Part shown: piece by piece, positions 1 through 11,200 of the stretch | How positions within the stretch are numbered: the first letter of the stretch is position 1 | Layout: each line of letters opens with the position of its first letter | DNA from: Macrostomum lignano | Taxonomy: Eukaryota | Direction of reading: 5' to 3' | NCBI GenBank assembly: GCA_002269645.1 | Contig: NIVC01000108.1 | Coordinates: 124,001-188,000 of the forward strand | DNA length: 64,000 nt | Notes under the pieces: generated by a model | Told to the model about the DNA's origin: nothing | The model's database searches: none | What the model saw: the letters and a program-made list of their open reading frames with translations, nothing else | Position numbers and translations under genes: made by a program

Positions 1-265
1 CCCCAATGTACACACTGAGATTCCCCAGTGTACACACAAGAGAGTCCCCAGTGTACACGCATGAGATTCTCCAGTATACACGCATGGGATTCCCCAGTGT
101 ACATACATGGGATTCCCCAGTGTACACGCGTGGGTTCCCCAGTGTACACGCATGGGATTCCCAAGTATACACGCATGGGATTCCCCAGTGTACACGCATG
201 GGATTCCCAAGTGTACACGCATGGGATTCCCAAGTGTACACGCATGGGATTCCCCAGTGTACGCG
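1..265. repeat. Minisatellite, 23-bp unit ACGCATGGGATTCCCCAGTGTAC (truncated by window edge)
   Basis: Unit recurs at 171, 194, 217 etc. Confidence 0.95.
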
Positions 266-644
266 CAAGCAACTGCTTGAGATTACTACTGTTGAATAAT
301 TGCTAAGAGAGTTATTAACTCAATGCTATTAAATACCTGATTTACTCTCTGTTAATTGTGACTTGTTTAAATTTCTGCGTATATCTTTGTCTGTTGTCTG
401 TTTTCTTAGCCATAATATTACTAGTAACCATAGCTCGTATATTAGCTGCTTCTTAAATAAAAGAGTACTCTATGAATTAAAAATTTCCACTGCATTCTGC
501 TTTTCTGTGTATTGCAGCAATTTTTATCAACTTTCTTTTCTTCGTCGATATTTTAACTGCATGCGTGGGCAGAGGGAACAGGGTAGCCCGGTGATGTGGG
601 AAATTTTTAACCAAATATCGGAGATTGACCCAGTCAGTGGGTCA

Positions 645-3600
645 CTTCATAAACTAGACACTTCACAAACTGGACACTTCACAAACTGCATGGACACTTC
701 ACAAACTGCATGGACACTTCACAAACTGCATGGACACTTCACAAACTGCATGGACACTTCACAAACTGCATGGACACTTCACAAACTGCATGGACACTTC
801 ACAAACTGCATGGACACTTCACAAACTGCATGGACACTTCACAAACTGCATGGACACTTCACAAACTGCATGGACACTTCACAAACTGCATGGACACTTC
901 ACAAACTGCATGGACACTTCACAAACTGCATGGACACTTCACAAACTGCATGAACACTTCACAAACTGCATGGACACTTCACAAACTGCATGGACACTTC
1001 ACAAACTGCATGGACACTTCACAGACTGGACACTTCACAAACTGGACACTTCACAAACTGCATGGACACTTCACAAACTGGACACTTCACAAACTGCATA
1101 GACACTTCACAAACTGCATGGACACTTCACAGACTGCATGGACACTTCACAAACTGGACACTTCACAAACTGCATGGACACTTCACAAACTGCATGGACA
1201 CTTCACAAACTGCATTGACACTTCACAGACTGCATGGACACTTCACAAACTGCATGGACACTTCACAGACTGCATTGACACTTCACAAACTGCATGGACA
1301 CTTCACAAACTGCATTGACACTTCACAAACTGCATGGACACTTCACAAACTGCATGGACACTTCACAAACTGCATGGACACTTCACATACTGCATGGACA
1401 CTTCACAAAATGCATGGACACTTCACAGACTGGACCCACTTCACAGACTGGACCCACTTCACAGACTGGACCCACTTCACAAACTGCATAGACACTTCAC
1501 AAACTGGACACTTCACAGAATGGACAATTCACAAACTGGACACTTCACAAACTGGACACTTCACAGAATGGACAATTCACAAACTGGACACTTCACAGAA
1601 TGGACACTTCACAAACTGCATGGACACTTCACAAACTGGACACTTCACATACTGCATGGACACTTCACATACTGCATGGACACTTCACAAACTGCATGGA
1701 CACTTCACAAACTGGACACTTCACAGACTGGACACTTCACATACTGCATGGACACTTCACAAACTGGACACTTCACATACTGCATGGACACTTCACATAC
1801 TGCATGGACACTTCACATACTGCATGGACACTTCACATACTGCATGGACACTTCACAAACTGGACACTTCACAGACTGGACCCACTTCACAAACTGCATA
1901 GACACTTCACAAACTGGACACTTCACAGACTGCATGGACAATTCACAAACTGGACACTTCACAAACTGGACACTTCACAGAATGGACACTTCACAAACTG
2001 CATGGACACTTCACATACTGCATGAACACTTCACATACTGCATGGACACTTCACAAACTGCATGGACACTTCACATACTGCATGGACACTTCACAAACTG
2101 CATGGACACTTCACAAACTGGACACTTCACAGACTGGACACTTCACATACTGCATGGACACTTCACAAACTGGACACTTCACATACTGCATGGACACTTC
2201 ACATACTGCATGGACACTTCACAAACTGCATAGACACTTCACAAACTGGACACGTCACAGACTGGACCCACTTCACAAACTGCATGGACACTTCACAAAC
2301 TGCATGGACACTTCACAAACTGGACACTTCACAGAATGGACAATTCACAAACTGGACACTTCACAAACTGGACACTTCACAGAATGGACACTTCACAAAC
2401 TGGACACTTCACAGAATGGACAATTCACAAACTGGACACTTCACAAACTGGATACTTCACAGAATGGACAATTCACAAACTGGACACTTCACAGAATGGA
2501 CACTTCACAAACTGCATGGACACTTCACAAACTGCATGGACAATTCACAAACTGCATGGACACTTCACAAGCTGGACACTTCACAAACTGCATGGACACT
2601 TCACAAACTGCATGGACAATTCACAAACTGGACGCTTCACAAACTGCATGGACACTTCACAAACTGCATGGACAATTCACAAACTACAAAGACACTTCAC
2701 AAACTGCATGGACACTTCACAAGCTGGACACTTCACAAACTGCATGGACACTTCACAAACTGCATGGACAATTCACAAACTGGACGCTTCACAAACTGCA
2801 TGGACACTTCACAAACTGCATGGACAATTCACAAACTGGACGCTTCACAAACTGCATGGACACTTCACAAACTGCATGGACACTTCACAAACTGCATGGA
2901 CAATTCACAAACTGGACGCTTCACAAACTGCATGGACGCTTCAAAAACTGCATGGACACTTCACAAACTGCATGGACAATTCACAAACTGGACGCTTCAC
3001 AAACTGCATGGACACTTCACAAACTGCATGGACACTTCACAAACTGCATGGACAATTCACAAACTGGACGCTTCACAAACTGCATGGACACTTCACAAAC
3101 TGCATGGACAATTCACAAACTGGACGCTTCACAAACTGGACGCTTCAAAAACTGCATGGACGCTTCACAGACTGGACACTTCACAAACTGGACACTTCAC
3201 AAACTGGACACTTCACAAACTGGACACTTCACAAACTGCATGGAAACTTCACAAACTGGACACTTCACAAACTGCATGGACACTTGACAAACTGGACACT
3301 TCACAAACTGCATGGACAATTCGCAAAATGGACACTTCACAAACTGGACACTTTACAAACTGGACACTTCACAAGCTGGACACTTCACAAGCTGGACACT
3401 TCACAGACTGGACACTTCACAAACTGCATGGACAATTCGCAAAATGGACACTTCACAAACTGGACACTTCACAAACTGGACACTTCACAAACTGGACACT
3501 TCACAAACTGCATGGACACTTCACAAACTGGACACTTCACAAGCTGGACACTTCACAAGCTGGACACTTCACAGACTGGACACTTCACAAACTGCATGGA

Positions 3601-4270
3601 CAATTCGCAAAATGGACACTTCACAAACTGGACACTTCACAAACTGGACACTTCACAAACTGCATGGACACTTCACAAACTGGACACTTCACAAGCTGGA
3701 CACTTCACAAGCTGGACACTTCACAGACTGGACACTTCACAAACTGCATGGACAATTCGCAAAATGGACACTTCACAAACTGGACACTTCACAAACTGGA
3801 CACTTCACAAACTGGACACTTCACAAACTGCATGGACAATTCGCAAAATGGACACTTCACAAACTGGACACTTCACAAACTGGACACTTCACAAGCTGGA
3901 CACTTCACAAGCTGGACACTTCATAGACTGGACACTTCACAAACTGCATGGACACTTCACAAACTGGACACTTCACAAACTGCATGGACAATTCGCAAAA
4001 TGGACACTTCACAAACTGGACACTTCACAAACTGGACACTTCACAAACTGGACACTTCACAAACTGGACACTTCACAAACTGCATGGACAATTCGCAAAA
4101 TGGACACTTCACAAACTGGACACTTCACAAGCTGGACACTTCACTAACTGCATGGACACTTCACAGACTGGACACTTCACAAATTGCATGGACACTTCAC
4201 TAACTGCATGGACACTTCACAAACTGCATGGACACTTCATACACCGGACACTTCACACACCGGACACAAC
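645..4270. repeat. Large minisatellite of mixed 20-bp (GGACACTTCACAAACTGCAT) and 16-bp (GGACACTTCACAAACT) units
   Basis: Direct reading. Nearly pure 20-mer at left, variant-rich to the right. Confidence 0.98.
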
Positions 4271-4495
4271 ATAAAATGGACACATTTTCAAAATAAGAAA
4301 CTTCCGTTTTCAGGCTTTTCAACTGCAGCACCCAAAAAATGAAGATACGAGCTGTAATCCGTGGCTCCGATTCAGTGCTCTTCCTCTCCTTACTCAAGAA
4401 ATCAATAGATCAGCAGATCTCTGAGGAGTGTCGCGCTCTTTATTATTGCGAGCTCATCAGGCACGCTGAGGTCGGGGGTTCGATTTGCAGCGAAC

Positions 4496-6932
4496 TCAGC
4501 CGTCAGCCTCGAGCAGCGCAGCCAGCTCCGGCTGCCCCAGCCGGCGCAGCAGCCGCCACAGCACCAGGCGGGCGGCGCCGCAGCACCGGTCCAGGCCGGA
4601 CAGCCAGTCTTCCAGCGGCTCCGTCGGCTCCGGCAGCGGCTTGCCGAGGCCGCCGGTCAGCAGCAAGCCGCCGTCCTCAAGGCCGTCGCGTAGTCGCTGC
4701 GCCAGCTCGACTGCCAAGCGGCGCAGAACGTTGCGCGGCGTGTCGGCCAGCGGCTCCAGGAGGCGCCGGCTGTGGCGGCCGAGAAGGCTCCGGACTGAGG
4801 CGTCTGGTGACGTCCGGAGCCACTGGTCGTCTTCCAGATCCACCTGGAGTGATTCGTTTAATGTTCGGCTTTATTTAGTGGCTGACACTGGTCAGCTGGC
4901 TCATGGATTGCTAGTCTAGCTGATGGATTGCTAGTCTGGCTCATGGATTGCTAGCCTAGCTCATGGATTGCTAGTCTGGCTCATGGATTGCTAGTCTAGC
5001 TGATGGATTGCTAGTCTAGCTCATGGATTGCTAGTCTAGCTGATGGATTGCTAGTCTAGCTCATGGATTGCTAGTCTAGATGATGGATTGCTAGTCTGGC
5101 TCATGGATTGCTAGTCTAGCTCATGGATTGCTAGTCCATGGACTAATCCAAAGGTGCTCAAAACTCACCTGCGCCAGGCCGCCAGTCAGCAGCAGTTCGC
5201 AGGATTCCACCGCGCCAGCCTCCGCAGCCGCAGCCAACGGGCTGAGGCCGCGCCCGCTGGCTTGCCGGGCCTCCCAGTCGGGCAGCAGGCGCTGCCTCTC
5301 AGCGAAGTCGCGCAGTTCGCGCAGGCCGCAGGCGGAGTCGGGTCGGCGCGCCAGCCAGTGCACCGGCGTCCAGCCCTCTGCGTCTGGCGAGTTCAGCGCC
5401 TCCGTCAGGCTCTCCCGGAGCCACCGCAGCTGCGCCCCGGCCTCGTCGGCTGTCGGCTCAGCCTTTGCTGCCTGATTTGTCTGAGCAGCTCCACTGCAAA
5501 GTTGAGCGCGATTTGCTGCTTCATTTTAATAATAATAATATAATTATGAAACATTATTAATACAGTTGCGAAAAAGGCTGCGGGCATCCTCGCGGGCATC
5601 CTCGCGCACAAATTCTGCCCATTCCGCCATTCCGCTGACTTCTGACCTGACCTGAGCTGGGTGTACAGCGGCACTGAAGTTCCAATCGTCAGGCATGCTC
5701 TCGGTGCCTGGGGGGCTGGCCCTCATGGCTGTGGATCGCACTCTCGGTGCCTGGGGGGCTGGCCCTCATGGCTGTGGATCGCACTCTCGGTGCCTGGGGG
5801 CTGGCCCTCATGGCTGTGGATCGCACTCTCGGTGCCTGGGGGCTGGCCCTCATGGCTGTGGATCGCACTCTCGGTGCCTGGGGGGCTGGCCCTCATGGCT
5901 GTGGATCGCACTCTCGGTGCCTTGGGGGCTGGCCCTCATGGCTGTGGATCGCACTCTCGGTGCCTTGGGGGCTGGCCCTCATGGCTGTGGATCGCACGGC
6001 AAGCCCGACGGCAGCCACTTTCTCGTGCACACATGCCCCAAACAGCCGGTCAGTCAGTGCGGCCACATGGCCTGCATGTGTACCTGTCGGCATCCACTGG
6101 CGCCTGCGACTGCCCTTGCTCCGCCAGGTGGCGCCGCTGCTCCAGCAGTTCCAGGGTGGCCTCCAGCTCCTCCAGCACGACGCTGAACACTCTAGGACGT
6201 CCAGCTGCTGCCGCTGCGGCTGCCAAGTGCAGGGTGTTCCTGCCGCGTCTGTCCACTCCCAGCCGGCAGCAGTCCCTGGCGGAGGAGGCGTCGCCATGCC
6301 GGGCGCAGCGGCAGCAGCAGCGGCAGCCGCAGTGCAGGAGCCGCTGCCGCAGCAGGCGCCGAAGGACGGCCTCGTCTGCCGGCTGCTCGGCATTGATCGC
6401 CAGCGCCAGGGCGTCCTCGCCGGTGTCCGGCGCCCGGCACCCGATGCCGCGCAGATTCTGGGCCGCCTCGGCCATGGCCAGCAGCCTGCTGGCGGCCGTC
6501 CAGCTGCGGGCGGCCACCGCGGCGCCGACGGGCGCTCGGCCGGAGCAATCGGCAGCGCCGAGGACCTCCGGCGTGAGGCTGAACAGGCGCTCCAGACTTT
6601 GCTCGGCGTCGCCGTCGGAGTCGCAGAACAGGAAGCAGGCGTCCGCCACGGCCTGCCGGTACTTCTGCATGGCGGCCAGCTGCTCTGCTGTCAGCTGGAC
6701 CGCCCCCGCGGACGGCGGCTCCAGCTTGACTCCGGTGCCTGCTGGGCGGGAATATGATGGCTTTTGCTGTCACGAATTTGGGTCGAATTCACAAGCTCGA
6801 AGCTTCACGATTTCGACGACGTGAAATCGTTGAAAGGCTCTTGACGACGGGAAATTTTAAGCTTCTTACCCTAAAAGTGCGTTTTTTCAGGCCCAGGTGG
6901 GGAATAAAAACATGAACCGACTCACCGCTCAT
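4496..6932 (-). CDS. Ankyrin-repeat protein with C-terminal death-domain-like region, ~444 aa; complement(join(4496..4843,5169..5493,6084..6738,6926..6932))
   Basis: All junctions are GT-AG with matching phases (1,2,0); total 1335 nt. Ankyrin motifs: DCSGRAPVGAAV, DRRGRNTLHLAAA, DAEGWTPVHWLA, GRGLSPLAAAAEAG..CELLL. Last exon reads ..LRRLAVELAQ..EPTEPLEDWL..LWRLLRRLGQPELAALLE, resembling death-domain helices (recognised by eye, not by HMM). Confidence 0.85.
4897..5137. repeat. Intronic minisatellite, 20-bp unit TGGATTGCTAGTCTAGCTCA
   Basis: About 12 copies filling most of intron 4844..5168. Confidence 0.95.
5695..5997. repeat. Intronic minisatellite, ~42-44-bp unit G(n)CTGGCCCTCATGGCTGTGGATCGCACTCTCGGTGCCT
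   Basis: About 7 copies with variable G-run, inside intron 5494..6083. Confidence 0.95.
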
Positions 6933-7732
6933 CTTTGTCAGTCGCAGCGGAGGAGGCTGTGAAGTCAGCAGAAAATTATTCGGCATTCATTCCATTGCTA
7001 GCTTGCGTGCGTCTGCGCTTTATCAGGGCGCTGGGACCAAAAACTCAACAACCCCACCCCCGCCTCCTTGCGGATGGGTGTCGCGCCTCAGCCAATCAGA
7101 AACCGGCTTGTGCAAGACAGCGAGAGAAAAGCCACGGACTTCTAAATTTGGGGATCTGGATTGGAAATTGGCTGGCCCAAGGAACACTGGACTGCAGTGG
7201 AGTCTAAAAATTCTCAGATACTGCAAATTTGTTTGAACCATGCGCTGAGTCGGCAGCGGAGTTCCAGACTCCAGACGCTAGATCTAGAACTCCTTGGCAA
7301 GGCCGGGTATGTGTGCACCAGCTTGTGCGCAGCTAGTTCGCTGCCCTTTCTTGAACAGATGCCTCCCTCTCCGTGCAGCAAGGCAGAATGATTGGCATGC
7401 GAGCTACCTGGGGTGTCTTGCCTTGCCTTGTCTGCAGCAGCAGGAGCAGATGCACAAGAAACAATTAAGGTCTTGCAGCCCTGTAGTATCTATCCATTAT
7501 GTGACTGCGTCCATTAAGTTGGATTCAGGTCATCGCTGCACGATTTCAGTGCTGATACAGGAGTCACCGTGTAAACAGCTGGTGCTAGAAATCGCTAGGC
7601 TGCCAGAAATTCAAGTTCAAATCTTTATTAAAACAAATTTGGTGCGAAACTTGGACCAGGTTTCGCTTGGCTTATTTGATAGGGCCAGCTTCGAAAACAC
7701 TGCAGTCAGCGTCACCAGGTGCTGAATTGCCC

Positions 7733-7982
7733 TCCTCTAGCACCCTGTCTGCACCCTCTAGCGCCCTGTCTGCACCCTCTAGCACCCTGTCTGTCCCCTC
7801 TAGTACCCTGTCTGTTCCCTCTAGCACCCTGTCTGCACCCTCTAGCACCCTGCTCTAGCACCCTGTCTGCACCCTCTAGCACCCTGTCTGCACCCTCTAG
7901 CGCCCTGTCTCCTCTGTCCCCTCTAGAACCCTGTATGTTCCCTCTAGCACCGTCTGTCCCCTCTAGCACCCTGTCTGTTCCC
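7733..7982. repeat. Minisatellite, ~21-bp unit CCCTCTAGCACCCTGTCTGCA
   Basis: About 11 degenerate copies. Confidence 0.9.
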
Positions 7983-8243
7983 ATCAAGCAGTTCTTTTCC
8001 ATTGCCAGTGAAAGAAAAAATCTCAATACACAAAACACTTGAGGTTTTAACATAGGGATTCTAGTGCAGCTTGATGGGAGTTGATGTTAAATTTAAAAAA
8101 TGATGTAATTGTTCAATAACCAACATGGGACAGTACTCCAGAGGGAGTGTTTTGAAGCAAATATTAGTTAAAGGGCGCTATGGAGAGTTTTTGTTATTCC
8201 AAGCCATTTTGCGGCGGATGAAGCAGAGGCGAATCCATGCAAG

Positions 8244-11200
8244 CTAAGAGTAGAGCGCCAGCTGAAGAAGCTGAAAGTGAAATTCAAATCAGGCATGAGT
8301 TTTTAAATCGTATTTAACTGAATCTTCGTTCGTAAAATACAAAATCGCAACCGACAAATTTGCACAATTGTAGCAACTTGCCTCATCCAAGCTGAATGAG
8401 GTCTGGGCCTTCCCATCGCTGTTCTGGGCCCTGAAACTCTCCAGAATGGTCCTCATGCGGACGCACAGAATCACAAAATCGTCGAACTTGATGGACCCGG
8501 ACTTGCCAGCGTACCGCATCACCAGGGACTGGTAGATCTTGTTTGGCACTCGGTAGCCTGAAGTTTGGAAGGCCGATATGGTTTTATTGAGCTGATAGGG
8601 AACCTTCGGTTTGTAAACTCTTAGCTTTACTAAACCGAAGTTTTTAGTTAGTTTGTTGCTGGGGGCTTTCGGCACCCCCGCCAATCAAGGCAGCAGGCGA
8701 CTCTACTAGTAGGTTACAAGTACGGCTCGTAGTGATGCCGGTTTCGCTCATCCAGAGTAAGGACAGGTCCACACTCACGCAGGATGTACAGCGGCCCCGA
8801 ATTTCATCGTCAGGCATGAACAGTCTGCACCCAAAGACTACTCAAAGTAGAAGGACGGGAAACTACGTTTCTTGGAATTTTTAGGAGGCAGGTTTTACCG
8901 AAAGACTACATTACGGTGATAGGAGGTTTTCGTTTCTTCAGCCCAAAAAATGTTATTACTTTTGATCGGAGGCAGACTCAGTGTTCATCTTTTGATATAA
9001 CTTGCCTTTCTTATAGCTCTATTGATAAGGCAAGATATATCAAAATATGAACACTCTCTTCCTATCCAAAGCAATGTAATAATAGAGCATGGTTTCCGAG
9101 GTCTTTAATGATATGGCCGAGGGGAACGAAGCTCTCGATGCTCTATGGTTATTGCTACACGATGATAGTTTTCATAGCTATTTTTAAAATAGACCTAAAA
9201 ACGGATCGGTCCGAGGACGCGAAAGACCGCTTAACTGGGAATCACGCATTAATGACCGATGTCGATTTTTCTTATGTCTGTGGCCAAAACCCACAGAATT
9301 GGAAAGAGAGGGACGCGAGAGCCAGAGCCATCAGAGAGCGCTAATAGACATTCACTGGCGACAAAATGGAGGACGATTCATCATATCCCACCGGTCTACT
9401 GCACATTGAATACGGTGACATCGTCGGACTGACAAAGGCCGAAATAGCAGCACGAATGGAAGCCGACAACATTCTATTCGCCATGGAATGGACGCGAACA
9501 GTCTGGAAGACATGGCTTCCGGATTCGCCTCGAGGATTGAGGATTCGACGATCTCCGAACTGCTGGACTCCAGAGCTACGACCAACGAAGACATCGAGAT
9601 TATTATGCGTGACCTGGATCTGGTAGAGGTGTGCTGGACATGAGCCGCCAGTAAATGGCCCTCAAGATGCCAGTCTGTCTATTGCTGAAACCACACGTAC
9701 AGTTACAGTTACCACGGCTTCATCTGCTTCCAATGGTGGATTCCATGGAACCTTCAGCGGCTGTACGTTCAATGTCTATTAGAAGTGAGAATTCTAATTT
9801 GAAACATGGTGACAATCTGTTGCGTTGAACAACAGTAGTGCATTATTAGTGACCTACAAAGTTTCATTGTTATTGGCTGCATTGTATTTTTTCTCTCGGC
9901 TTGTTCTATCGTTGTTTATGTTAATCGTTGGATTTTAAAAAGTCATATACAACAAATATATGTCTTGCTTCTTGTTGAGCTTCAAAGCGACCATAGACAA
10001 TATAAATCGCAGTGTAATTCCGGGATTCCCTAGGGAAATCCCAGGGACGCGAAAGACCGCTTTCATCGTGTAGCAATAGCATTTTTTGTGCTAAAAAGAT
10101 TAAAACCTATCTCCGAAATGTAGTCTTTAGGTAAAACCTGTCTCCTAAATGTAGTCTTTAGGTAAAACCTGTCTCCTAAATGTAGTCTTTAGGTAAAACC
10201 TGTCTCCTAAATGTAGTCTTTAGGTAAAACCTGTCTCCTAAAAATTTCCAAGAAACGTAGTTGTCACTAGTTGAGTAGTCCTTGTCTGTGCCTTTGGAGT
10301 TGGTCTTCGTGCTGTGAATCGCACGACGCACCAGCTCAGGGGAAATTTTAGTACGCGATTCCCAAATTAATCCGGCTGAGCACAGAAGCGAACCCAGGTT
10401 ACTTTGATTCTTGTACAAGAGAATCAGGCGAGTTACCACCGCTGAGCTACTCTGTGCCATCCCAACCCCCAACCACAGCTCAGAAACAGCTCAATCCCCA
10501 GTGGAGCACGGACCCATGCATCCCAGAGCGGCGCGCAGCTCAAAGCTGTTGAAGTCGCCCGAGCTGTCAGCGTCGAAGGCCTTGAACACGACACTCCAGA
10601 GCCGGAGGCACTTCCAGAGCGCTTTGAACTCATCGAATTGCAAATAGCCACTCTGGTCAACGTCAACGAATGCAAGAAGCGATCGGCAAGCCTCCTTGGA
10701 GAAGCCGGTGAAGCCCGAAGGACCTGTAGGAAAAGTTCGTTGTTCGTTTTATTTTATTTTGAAAGTGACTTGTGAATGCTGAACAAGTAACAAGTGCGTC
10801 AAAAACTACCTGATTTGGTGAACGCCATGTTCAGGATCTCCATCAGGTCCTCCACAACGAAGCCGGGCCGATCGCCCAGCAGAATGCTGAAAGCTTTGCA
10901 CGCGGCGGCCTCCATCAGCTTCTCCCTCCCGGTTGGTTCCACGTTCTTTTCTGAGTCAGTCCCGCCACCGACGGTGCCGAGTTCCTGCTCAGAAGAAGTT
11001 GGTGGCTGTTGAGAATTTAGCGTTCCAACGTTTTTGAAGTTTGGTTACCTTCCAGCTGCTTTAGATGCGGCTGCAAATATTAGTTCAGTTTTTCACCTTC
11101 CTATAGAAACCTGCGCACCATCCATTTTTAAAGAAGTTTCCCTCACTCACCTCGACTTCGGGCACATTCACGGTGTCGTCCATCTCGTCGGATTCGTTCG

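Noticed and set aside
6-4203. Long ORFs of up to 713 aa in the first two arrays
   Set aside because: Translations are periodic and open in several frames because the repeat unit lacks stops; no coding signal.
11049-11070. Possible 22-nt calpain micro-exon (CAG|CCGCAT..GAAG|GTAACC)
   Set aside because: Inclusion shifts frame and hits a stop; the flanking exons join in phase 0 without it.
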